Below are positions 9,495 to 18,641 of a DNA stretch of 64,000 nt, piece by piece. The notes under the pieces were generated by a model, which saw only the letters and a program-made list of their open reading frames with translations, was not told the origin of the DNA and did no database searches. The stretch is taken from NCBI GenBank assembly GCA_963768305.1, contig CAVYHE010000003.1, positions 224,001 through 288,000 on the forward strand. Direction: 5' to 3'. Numbering within the stretch: position 1 is the stretch's first letter; the number at the start of each line of letters is the position of its first letter. Origin of the DNA: an uncultured bacterium. Lineage in GTDB: Bacteria; Margulisbacteria; WOR-1; CAVSGV01. The position numbers and the translations under genes were made by a program.

Positions 9495-11457
9495 GGATTG
9501 CGGGTTTTGTCCCTTTATGGCCTATATAACTTATGATGTACTTTGAATGTCCCCTCCATAGTTGTTTAGTGGTGTCATCCGTCTCGCATAATGAGTTGTA
9601 TATCCGGAAGTAATAAGAATTCTTTGTTTCTTCGTAATGCAGAAGCTGCGCGGAATAAAGCCGGCTTTTGTCGGAAACGACGGTGATGCCTTTTTCCTTG
9701 TCGCATATATCCACCCAGCCTTCGGTCGCTCCAAGGCAGTGGCTGGAAGATATGCGTGAATCGATGGTCTGTATCTCGTTTATGTTCTTTCCTTTAACGT
9801 AAAACGTCTCAATGTCGTATCCGCCGTTGATGGTGGAATACCTTAGCGTTTCCTTATCGAAGGCTTCGGGATTTATCGTGAGCATGCCGGTCCTGAAATA
9901 GTAGGGCATAAGATCGCGGAATCGGAAGTTATATTCAATGTCCACTCTTGGCTCATTTATGCGGACATGGATCTTTTTCCAGACATCGCCGCCGGCAAGC
10001 GGGACTTTGCAGATAACCGTCACTTTATCTTTCAGATTTGTCAGGTCATCCGGGAATATCAGCTGAGTTTGTTCAAGGTCAGTATATTTCGTGTTCGCAT
10101 CTGCCTGTATGATGGTGTGTGCCGTGTATTGGTCGGTTGAAAAACTGATCTGGTCATAATAATCATGCGGGATCGTTCCTGCCAGATGCTTTTCCGATAT
10201 TTTCGGGAAGGTCAGTTTTTTGATAGCTCCGCCGCGCCTGCTCGAGAGCTCTAATCTGACACTGGGAGTGATAATCGTTTCTCCTTCGATCTTGACAAGC
10301 CCTTTTGACGATTTGATCACTGCGGGTGATTTTATCTCGAATTTTGCCGTCATTTTATCCATATATCCCAGCTTATTTTTCAATTCTGTATATTTTTCGT
10401 CGGTCGTAAATGACCGAAAATCACTTCCGAAAAGGTAGCAAAGTTCTGTCCAGAATTCTTTTTTCGCTTTATTTCCTGCCGCTTTAAGCCTTTCAAATAT
10501 TTTATAACATTGAGTGTTGACCCGTGTATTATCTCTTCCGCAAACGGCCCATCTGGTAATGTTATATTTTGCCTGTTTCTTCACGACCACAGGATATTCC
10601 GGGAAGCTCACTTCAAGTGTTTTTACCGGTTTGATCATTGACAGCGCGGTTGAAGGAGTTACAACCTCGATCTGTTTATCTTCGGACAGCCTTGCAAAAA
10701 GTTCTTCCAGCCGCTTAAGGTCCTTTTGATGATCAAAAGGTTTATAAATTATATCCGATGAGCCTGGACAATAATTGAATATCTCCCAATCGGAACCGTA
10801 GAACGGGAATATTCTGTCAGTAGTTTTCGATCTCTGGGCGGTCAGATATTCTATATATTCATTCAGCGTGATCTCGTTCTTTATATATCTCTGGAATTTC
10901 TGAAATGCGATAGAGCTGTTCCAAAGGAGTTTTATTTTCTGTTCGTCCGTGCCTTTAAGCAGGTGAGGGGAGTAGCGGTATTCTGAGGGAAGGTTGCCGT
11001 ATTCAGCAGCGTTGTCCCAGTCAAGCACAGTAGCACTATATCCAGACCTATTAATTAATTTTACCAACCCTTTTGAATAGGCCTGTTCATTGAGATAAAG
11101 GACCTCGGGCTTAGAACCAAGCAGCTTTTTGTAGACAATTCTGCCGTGATCCAGATTCCTTTGGTTGACCTCGACAGGAATAAGAGGCATTATATTCTGT
11201 GAATAGCCGGAAGCGATTATTTCGGCTTTTCCGGACTTACAAAGCTTTTTCAGCTCAGGGATAAAGGTTTTGTCGATAGAGTGGATCTTTTCAAGGGTGT
11301 ATGCCGGAAATTCAAGTCCCAGTGCGATATCATATTTATCCATCATTTTAAGCACCGGCCAGTAGCATTTCTCGATCAACGCCGGGTATTGGAACTCCGG
11401 AATGCTTGAGAACTGGAGGTTGGCATGAAAGAATGAATACAGATATAGTTTAGCCAT
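9487..11457 (-). CDS. Glycoside hydrolase family 57-like / deacetylase-fold protein
   Basis: FHANLQFSSI...CYWP, SGYSQNIMPLIP, NEQAYS, YGSDWEIF. Confidence 0.65.
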   Translation of the reverse strand: MAKLYLYSFFHANLQFSSIPEFQYPALIEKCYWPVLKMMDKYDIALGLEFPAYTLEKIHSIDKTFIPELKKLCKSGKAEIIASGYSQNIMPLIPVEVNQRNLDHGRIVYKKLLGSKPEVLYLNEQAYSKGLVKLINRSGYSATVLDWDNAAEYGNLPSEYRYSPHLLKGTDEQKIKLLWNSSIAFQKFQRYIKNEITLNEYIEYLTAQRSKTTDRIFPFYGSDWEIFNYCPGSSDIIYKPFDHQKDLKRLEELFARLSEDKQIEVVTPSTALSMIKPVKTLEVSFPEYPVVVKKQAKYNITRWAVCGRDNTRVNTQCYKIFERLKAAGNKAKKEFWTELCYLFGSDFRSFTTDEKYTELKNKLGYMDKMTAKFEIKSPAVIKSSKGLVKIEGETIITPSVRLELSSRRGGAIKKLTFPKISEKHLAGTIPHDYYDQISFSTDQYTAHTIIQADANTKYTDLEQTQLIFPDDLTNLKDKVTVICKVPLAGGDVWKKIHVRINEPRVDIEYNFRFRDLMPYYFRTGMLTINPEAFDKETLRYSTINGGYDIETFYVKGKNINEIQTIDSRISSSHCLGATEGWVDICDKEKGITVVSDKSRLYSAQLLHYEETKNSYYFRIYNSLCETDDTTKQLWRGHSKYIISYIGHKGTKPAIHV

Positions 11458-11459
11458 TA

Positions 11460-12671
11460 TTACTCCGTTTCGATTTTTATGCTATTGACCGCTTCCAGCG
11501 CGCGTTTTAACGCTTCTTCTCTTGTTCTGCCGATCGCCAAGAGAAAGCCCGCCCTTTTCGTATGGTCGGTCATTTTGTGTATCCTGTCACCTATTTTAGC
11601 ATAAACACCGATTTTTTTTATGTACGGATGGCTTTTGACCTTTTTAATACCAGAAATCCTTTTTACAGTGCCTTCTTCTGGGAAAAAGAACCTTTGGGCG
11701 GTTCCTCTATTATACTTCGGCCTCAGTTCTTTCACGTTTATAGGTTCTCCTAGGACCAGTTTTATCGCGTATTTCAGGACGTTGATTCCCGTGGACAATG
11801 GGATGGTATTTGAGCAATAATATCCGCCTGAAAGCCTTGCAGCCACTTCAATGATCTTTGGCCCATCGCACGTAAGGACAATATCTCCTTTGATCGTCCC
11901 GGTCCTGATACCTATGGATCTCGCGGTTCTTTCTATAAGAGCGTTGATCTGCTCCCTTTTTTCATTGCTAATGTTCGCCGGCATCTCGCCGCCGTTCTCG
12001 ATTATGTACGGAGAAAACCTGTCCAGGAATTCATAGTTGCGGTCTCCGTAGCCGATAGTAAAGGCTTTTCCTTTGTAGATGATGGATTCCGTTGAAAGCT
12101 GGGGACCGTCCAGGAATTCCTCGACCATCACTCTTTTTGACGGGGACTCTTTTTTTGATGACATATACGCCCATTTCAAATCGATCCCCTCGGTAAGTCT
12201 GAGCACCCCGCGCGCCCCGCGGCTGTCCACTGGTTTAATGACAAGAAGGTAACCCTTTGACCTGACCGTATCCTTAAGATCTTTCAATGACCTTATCTCT
12301 TTGTACCAGGGGATAGGGATACTGTCTTTTTTGAACTTGTTCTTCATTAATAATTTATTGGATGCAAGTCTGGCTGTATCGATGGAAATACCTGGAAGTT
12401 TTAATTTATCCGCTATCAGGGCAACGGTCATGGGACAATCCGTGGCGATGGCGATAACGCCGTCTATTTTGTGTTTTTTATTAAATGCTAGCGCGGCCCT
12501 CAGGCTTTCTTTCGCGTCCATGGTGGATGCGATAATACAGTCATCGGTATACTTGAACCCGGGGGCTTGCGGGTTCATGTCGGAGGCCACTACACTTATG
12601 CCCATTTTTTTTGCGATCTGTATTGCGGGGACCTGTTCAACTCCGGCGCCGATGATGAGAAGGGTCTTCAT
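11460..12671 (-). CDS. ATP-grasp domain protein
   Basis: NKLLMK, VIKPVDSRGARGV, VEEFLDG, IIEVAARLSGG. Confidence 0.85.
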   Translation of the reverse strand: MKTLLIIGAGVEQVPAIQIAKKMGISVVASDMNPQAPGFKYTDDCIIASTMDAKESLRAALAFNKKHKIDGVIAIATDCPMTVALIADKLKLPGISIDTARLASNKLLMKNKFKKDSIPIPWYKEIRSLKDLKDTVRSKGYLLVIKPVDSRGARGVLRLTEGIDLKWAYMSSKKESPSKRVMVEEFLDGPQLSTESIIYKGKAFTIGYGDRNYEFLDRFSPYIIENGGEMPANISNEKREQINALIERTARSIGIRTGTIKGDIVLTCDGPKIIEVAARLSGGYYCSNTIPLSTGINVLKYAIKLVLGEPINVKELRPKYNRGTAQRFFFPEEGTVKRISGIKKVKSHPYIKKIGVYAKIGDRIHKMTDHTKRAGFLLAIGRTREEALKRALEAVNSIKIETE

Positions 12672-12808
12672 ATGGCCTGCACTGCGGCCTTGACGGCGCA
12701 GTAGGAGGGCGTCCTTGGCCCGCCGTATTGTCCAGCTAACGAAGGGATATCTTCCTCAATCAGTTCGATTTTCTTGGGTGACACGACTTTTTCGGAAATT
12801 CTTTTCAT
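12668..12808 (-). pseudogene. 46-aa chimeric mini-ORF (Zn-dehydrogenase-like N-terminus fused to an SDR catalytic segment)
   Basis: GAGGTG SD; MKRISEKVVSPKKIELIEEDIP-SLAGQYGGPRTPSYCAVKAAVQAI*; stop overlaps ATP-grasp ATG. Confidence 0.6.
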
Positions 12809-12821
12809 ATGTTGATACACC

Positions 12822-14621
12822 TCATTTTATTTTAAGATCAGGCCAGCGTTCTTTCATGCTTTTTATTACGGAGATTTCATTAACATTGTATTTTTTGTAT
12901 AGGAAAGGACGTGTCCCATGTTCCACAAAAAGGTTTCCCAGAGTGATCCTTAAGACATTGGGTTTAAATGAATGATCCGACGCGAATTCAAGGACCGCGC
13001 TTCCAAACCCGCCTGCCTTGACGTTTTCTTCCATCGTCACTATGCGTTCATATCTCTTTAATATTTTCAGGAACAGTATTTCGTCAAGGGGTTTAAGTTT
13101 CGAGATGTTCATCAGCCCCCATTCAGATCCCTGGTTGCGCAATGATTTCTTTATCGCTAGCGCTGATTTCAGGCGTCCTGCCGTTGTTAATATAATGCCA
13201 TCGTTCTGTTTAACATACGGATCTTCGTTCATCAAGAGCTTTTCTTTTTCATTCGCCTCCACCATCTGGAGGGTTCCATATGGGAACAGCATGATGGTCG
13301 GATGCTTTACGCCTTTCTTAACGTATTCATCGAGCATTTTATTGAACGCTTCATGGTCGGCAGGGAAATGGATCTCAAGATTCGGAACGCATCCAAGATA
13401 TGAAAGGTCAAGAATCGCATGGTGGGTTGCATGGTCCAGGCCTGCAAGCCCTGACCTGGCCAGGATGATCATGACCGGGATATCATTTATGCATGCATCA
13501 TGGACAAGCTGGTCGAAAGCTCTCTGAAAAAATGTCGACTGGAATACAACAATAGGTTTCATTCCGCCGAGCGACATCCCGATCGCTAGCGTCATGGCAT
13601 GCTGTTCGGCCATGCCAACATCGAAAGCCCTGTCGGGAACATTCTTAAAAACACCGCCGATTTCCCCCGCGCCGATTGTGGCGGGAGTTATGACAACGAC
13701 TTTCTTGTTCTCTTGTGCAAGTTTTTCTATCTGTTTCCCTATGAATACGGCATTGAAGGGGGATAAAGGTTTATAAAAGATATTCGGCTCGGTACCTTCC
13801 GCTTCGGTTATTGGTTCCCCGGTCTCGACATTGAAAGGAAAGCTGAAATGGTATTTTGTCGGGCTTTCTTTAGCATAAGGCAGGCCATAGCCTTTAATGG
13901 TTTTTACGTGAAGGACCACTGGACCTACAATACTCTTCACTTCATTCAATTTATTGACAAGTATTTCCAGGTCGTGGCCGTCGATTGGTCCAACATATTT
14001 AATTCCTAAAGCAGAAAAGAAAGTGTCCATATCTCCTTTACCTGGTTGAAGGTTTTCAAGGTATTCCCTGATCGCGGTGTCGTTTGATGTTATTCCCCAG
14101 CCATTATCATTAAGAATGATCAGCATCTTCGGCTTTTCATAGCCAATCTCATTAAGAGCTTCAAACGCCATGCCTTCGCCGATAGCGCAATCGCCGATGA
14201 TTGCCACAGGAGTGTTGTCGATCTTTTGCAGCCTGTTGGCTAAAGCAACTCCGAGGGCCAGGGACAGGGAAGTGCCTCCGTGGCTTACATCTAAAATGTC
14301 ATGCTCGCTTTCGCTTTTGCATGGGAAACCGGGACTTCCTCCATCCTGCCGCATCGAATCAAGGCAGTTGGCGCGTCCGGTAAGGATTTTATGGGTATAT
14401 ACCTGATGACCGACATCCCAGAAAAAAGGGTCTCTTGGAGAATTAAAAACATAATGAATGGCAATTGTTAATTCAACTACTCCGGTATTTGCGCCGACGT
14501 GTCCGCCTGTCCGTGACTGAGATTTAATAATAAAATTACGAATTTCCTTTGCAAGGATATTAAGTTCCTTAATATTCAGCGCTTTTATGTTTTCGGGCGA
14601 TTTGATTTTTTCAATATACAT
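12822..14621 (-). CDS. DXS-like ThDP-dependent carboligase (divergent paralog)
   Basis: GGHVGANTGVVELT, WDVGHQVYTHKILTGR, GDCAIGEGMAFEALN...NDN, GMAEQHA; acceptor-site residues differ from DXS. Confidence 0.8.
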   Translation of the reverse strand: MYIEKIKSPENIKALNIKELNILAKEIRNFIIKSQSRTGGHVGANTGVVELTIAIHYVFNSPRDPFFWDVGHQVYTHKILTGRANCLDSMRQDGGSPGFPCKSESEHDILDVSHGGTSLSLALGVALANRLQKIDNTPVAIIGDCAIGEGMAFEALNEIGYEKPKMLIILNDNGWGITSNDTAIREYLENLQPGKGDMDTFFSALGIKYVGPIDGHDLEILVNKLNEVKSIVGPVVLHVKTIKGYGLPYAKESPTKYHFSFPFNVETGEPITEAEGTEPNIFYKPLSPFNAVFIGKQIEKLAQENKKVVVITPATIGAGEIGGVFKNVPDRAFDVGMAEQHAMTLAIGMSLGGMKPIVVFQSTFFQRAFDQLVHDACINDIPVMIILARSGLAGLDHATHHAILDLSYLGCVPNLEIHFPADHEAFNKMLDEYVKKGVKHPTIMLFPYGTLQMVEANEKEKLLMNEDPYVKQNDGIILTTAGRLKSALAIKKSLRNQGSEWGLMNISKLKPLDEILFLKILKRYERIVTMEENVKAGGFGSAVLEFASDHSFKPNVLRITLGNLFVEHGTRPFLYKKYNVNEISVIKSMKERWPDLKIK

Positions 14622-14638
14622 AATTTCGTCATGCCCCC

Positions 14639-15836
14639 TTATTTTAACCCGAAGCCTTCAAATACCATCTCTTTTATATCTTCTTTGGTGAAAATTTTCG
14701 GATGCAGGGCTATGGGTTTGAACTTATACGTAAAAAGATCATCAGGGATCCTGTCAGCGAGTTTTTTGGAAAAATCATAATCGGATTTATCCCAATATTT
14801 TTTACAGGAATCGATCTGATCGATTATTATGTCACTTGCCATTTTAGCTTTATTAATACTGTTTTCACGATTTACGAGAGTAGGGTCGAGCGCTTCCGCT
14901 ATTTTCGAGAACCTTTCAATGTCGTGTTCATATGTCCTTCTAACGACCGGGGGCGTAAAAGAGAGCGACGGAAGAGCCATGCGGGAAGCCGTTTAAAGCG
15001 CCTACCACTTCCGCAATTATATGCGTAACTGTTGTTCCAACCTGAGCGATCGCTATTCCCGCCAATGTGCTTGCCCAGGCCAGATTATATCGAGCTTCGA
15101 TGTTATTCCCGTCTTTCAGGGCTATCGGCAAGTATTTGTGGATCCGTTTCATCGCTTCCAGGGAGAACATGGCCGAAAAAGCGGTCTTCCCGGAATTCAA
15201 ATAAGATTCCAGCGCGTGAGCGAAAGCGTCTATTGCTGTTGACGCTGTAAGGTTTTCCGGCAATTTTATCGTCAGCAAGGGATCAATAATTGATACCTTG
15301 GGAAAAAGTTCAAAATTCTTTATAGTGCCTTTTTGACGGCTTTCCTCATTTAAGAGGACCGCATATGGAGTAGCCTCTGATCCCGTTCCGGATGTCGTGG
15401 GGATTGCAATGATAGGGGTGATGCCGGATTCTGCCGCTATCGCGGGCCTGTTGGAAAGACCGGCATATGACCAAATAGATTCTTTCTGCTTCATTTTAAG
15501 GGAGATTGCTTTTGCAAGATCAATACAACTTCCGCCTCCGAGACCGATTATTACATCAGGCGCATAACTTTTTACGTTTTCTGCCAAGCGGTTTATTTCG
15601 TCGACTTTTGGGTCGGATGTTGCACCGTCAAAAACCTGTACAGTGAGTTCCGCCTCTTTAAGGGATTTGATGATAGGGGAGGCAAGTCCAATCTCGACCA
15701 GATTTTTCATTGTGACCAAATATGCTTTTGTTCCGAATTCCTTCGCGTACATTCCGATTTCCCGCGAGCGATCCGCCCCCGCGATAAAACGCACGGGAAT
15801 GAACGCTTCAAAGGACTTATTAAGAATTTCAGCCAT
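14639..15836 (-). CDS. Iron-containing alcohol dehydrogenase; frameshift near 14995
   Basis: GLGGGSCIDLAK, PTTSGTGSEAT, DAFAHALES, H...PHG metal ligands. Confidence 0.85.
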
Positions 15837-16573
15837 TAAAAGTACAGCCCTCCGTTTATGTTGATCGTTTGAGCCGTGATATAAGAGGCTTCTTCTGACG
15901 CAAGAAATGCGACAACTTCGGCCACTTCCTCCGGTTTTCCCTGTCTTCCAAGAAGTATCTTTTCATTCACTCCCAGGTCCTTTGCCGCGCCGGCCATTTC
16001 GGATTCTATGAGACCCGGAGACACGCAATTGACTCTTATTCCAAGCTTTTTCTTGGCACAATATATTGCCATATTCTGTGTCAGGCTTATTAAACCAGCT
16101 TTGGAACAAGCGTAATGTGTTGTCCTGGGTCCGCCGTATTGTCCGCTGACGGAAGATATGTTTACTATGCTCCCGCCTTTTCTTATCAATGGAAGGAACT
16201 TCTGAGAAACAAGGAATGCGCCCTTTAAATTCGTATCCATTACCTCATCCCAGTCCTCTTCGGATATCTTGTCAAAATCATTGGGCTTGTTAATACCGGC
16301 ATTGTTTATCAATATGTCTATCTTCTTGAATTTTGTCTTGATAAAATCAGCAAGGTCATCAATTGACCTTGCGTCGCATACGTTCAATGGATGGATAGTT
16401 GTTTTGCCTTGCAACGTTTTTTCGACCGCATTCGCCGCAGCGATATTGTCTTTATATGTGATCAGGATTTTCGCTCCGTATTCAACAAGCTTTTGCGCTA
16501 TGGATTTGCCGATACCCCTGCTTGCTCCCGTGACAAGCGCAACCTTCCCTTTTAATTTCGCCATATATTTCAC
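15836..16573 (-). CDS. Short-chain dehydrogenase/reductase (FabG-like)
   Basis: TGASRGIG, NNAG, S...YACSK. Confidence 0.9.
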   Translation of the reverse strand: MKYMAKLKGKVALVTGASRGIGKSIAQKLVEYGAKILITYKDNIAAANAVEKTLQGKTTIHPLNVCDARSIDDLADFIKTKFKKIDILINNAGINKPNDFDKISEEDWDEVMDTNLKGAFLVSQKFLPLIRKGGSIVNISSVSGQYGGPRTTHYACSKAGLISLTQNMAIYCAKKKLGIRVNCVSPGLIESEMAGAAKDLGVNEKILLGRQGKPEEVAEVVAFLASEEASYITAQTININGGLYF

Positions 16574-17511
16574 CTCTTGCGTTTAATCGCGGCCTTTGCT
16601 TTTTTTGCTATGTTCTCAGCTGTCAGTCCGTATTTCCTCATCAAGTCATCTGGGTCCCCAGATTCGCCAAAGACATCATTTATACCAACGTATTCGATGG
16701 GAACCGGATAATTTTCGGCGGCGACCTCCGCGATAATCGAGCCTATCCCACCGCGAACATTATGGTCTTCTGCAGTGACGAATGCGCCAGTTTTCTTCGC
16801 CATCTTAATAATAAGGACCTTGTCGGCGGGCTTTAACGTTGAAACGTTGACCACTGAAGCCGATATGCCGTTCCTCCTGAGCATAACGGAGGCCTTTAGT
16901 GCAGGGGACACCATTTTTTGCAGCGCAAATATCGTTACGTCAGAACCGTTTTTCATCAGATCCCATTTGCCGATGACAAACCGTTTGCTCTTCCTGAAGA
17001 GGCTTTCTACAGGGCTCCTTCCAGTTCTCATATATGTCGGCCCTTTGTGGGACAAAAGTTTTCTCAAAGCGTCTTCCATTTCATTTGGGTCCGCTGGTGC
17101 AAGAATCGTGAAATTCGGGATCGATCTGTATATCGATATATCCTCGATACTTTGGTGGGTTGGTCCGTCCGGTCCCACATCAAGGCCAAGATGGCTTGCA
17201 ACTATCTTAACGTTAAGATTCGGGTACGCAATTGAATTCCTAGCCTGCTCAACCGCTCTCATTGAAGTGAATACCGAATAAGCGGTTACGATGGGGATGA
17301 TGCCCAGGGTTGAAAGCCCGGCTGCGACGCCCATCATGTTTTGCTCAGCAATGCCGCACTGGATAAACCTTTCTGGATATCTGTCCCGGAATATATTTGT
17401 GCATGTACCGCCGGCAACATCGCCGTCAAGGACGACAAAATCCTTGCGCTCCATTGCCAGTTTAATAAGAGCTTCTCCAAAAGCCTGTCTCAGTGATTTT
17501 TCAGCAGGCAT
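16570..17511 (-). CDS. Transketolase C-terminal subunit (glycan-locus copy)
   Basis: GIAEQNMMGVAAG, GPDGPTHQSIED, EDHNVRGGIG. Confidence 0.9.
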   Translation of the reverse strand: MPAEKSLRQAFGEALIKLAMERKDFVVLDGDVAGGTCTNIFRDRYPERFIQCGIAEQNMMGVAAGLSTLGIIPIVTAYSVFTSMRAVEQARNSIAYPNLNVKIVASHLGLDVGPDGPTHQSIEDISIYRSIPNFTILAPADPNEMEDALRKLLSHKGPTYMRTGRSPVESLFRKSKRFVIGKWDLMKNGSDVTIFALQKMVSPALKASVMLRRNGISASVVNVSTLKPADKVLIIKMAKKTGAFVTAEDHNVRGGIGSIIAEVAAENYPVPIEYVGINDVFGESGDPDDLMRKYGLTAENIAKKAKAAIKRKR

Positions 17512-18322
17512 TGATATCCTCCAAAGCTCTTTTGTATTCCGATTCACAAGGAGCAAGGCTCCCGTGCCATTTGGAATTGTTTTCCATAAAGGAAATACCT
17601 TTCCCTTTTATTGTATGCGCGATTATGATGGTTGGTTTTCCCTTGATCTTTTTTGCCATTTTGAATGCTCTGAATATCTGATCGAAATTGTGGCCGTCAA
17701 TCTCAATCACATTCCAGTTAAACGCTTTAAATTTGACTTTGAGAGGTTGGAGATTAAGTATCGCCTCATTCTTATCATCACTTTGAAGGCCGTTGTTATC
17801 TACGATCGCTGTTAGGTTATCAAGCTTATAATGCGCAGCGAAAGCCAAAGCTTCCCAGACCTGGCCTTCGTCAAGTTCTCCATCCCCTAGAAGAACATAT
17901 GTCCTGAATTTCTTTTTAAGCCTTTTGGCTCCGAGGGCAATTCCGCAGCCGACGGAAAAACCCTGTCCTAATGACCCAGAAGGGGAGTCGATACCAACCG
18001 TCGTCATCATATCCGGGTGTCCTTGCAGAACGGCATTGATCTGCCGGAGCTTTCTGTAATGATCCTTTGAGAAATAGCCTTTTTCAGCAAGAGCAGCATA
18101 CTGCGCCATGCACGAATGGCCTTTTGAGAGAATGAACCTGTCGCGGTCCGGCCAGTGGGGCCTTTTCGGGTCTATCTTCATTTCGCGGAAGTAAAGCGCG
18201 GTAACAAGATCAGCTGCCGAAAGTGCACCGCCGGGATGACCTGATCCTGCATGATAGTTCATCTCGATGATATCGTTCCGGATAATCTTTGCTTTTTTCT
18301 TCAGTTTATCTGCCGACATCAA
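17501..18322 (-). CDS. Transketolase N-terminal subunit (glycan-locus copy)
   Basis: GSGHPGG, RDRFILSKGH, GSLGQG, GDGELDEG..N, WHG. Confidence 0.9.
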   Translation of the reverse strand: MMSADKLKKKAKIIRNDIIEMNYHAGSGHPGGALSAADLVTALYFREMKIDPKRPHWPDRDRFILSKGHSCMAQYAALAEKGYFSKDHYRKLRQINAVLQGHPDMMTTVGIDSPSGSLGQGFSVGCGIALGAKRLKKKFRTYVLLGDGELDEGQVWEALAFAAHYKLDNLTAIVDNNGLQSDDKNEAILNLQPLKVKFKAFNWNVIEIDGHNFDQIFRAFKMAKKIKGKPTIIIAHTIKGKGISFMENNSKWHGSLAPCESEYKRALEDINAC

Positions 18323-18479
18323 GGTCTTAATTCAGCCCCTCTACATTGATGGATCCTTTTAATTATAAAATCTTAGTGTATTTTTAAGTTTATTTAATAT
18401 AAAAAGAACTTGCTTTTTTGATTTCACATAAACCCAAAAAAACTATCCACATCAGCATTATTTTCACATATTTTAATTA

Positions 18480-18597
18480 TATCGTTATTCTTGATCAGCG
18501 CGTCAAATAATGGCCTAATCGTTCCGCCGAGGCAGAGAAAACCCGTTTTATACCTCAATGGGTGTCAATATTTTGCGATAATCTCAGCGCCTGTCAT
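18480..18597 (-). pseudogene. N-terminal remnant of acetolactate-synthase-like ThDP enzyme
   Basis: MTGAEIIAKY*HPLRYKTGFLCLGGTIRPLFDALIKNND resembles ALS start MTGA..I...FGYPGGxILPxxDAL; in-frame TGA. Confidence 0.55.
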
Positions 18598-18641
18598 ACA
18601 GAGGCATCTCTATGAAAATTGTTCACTCCTTTTATTTTATA

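Noticed and set aside
14639..18322. Sulfoquinovose sulfo-TK catabolic cluster
   Set aside because: No sulfoquinovosidase, isomerase or transporter is present and the context is biosynthetic; not strictly excluded.
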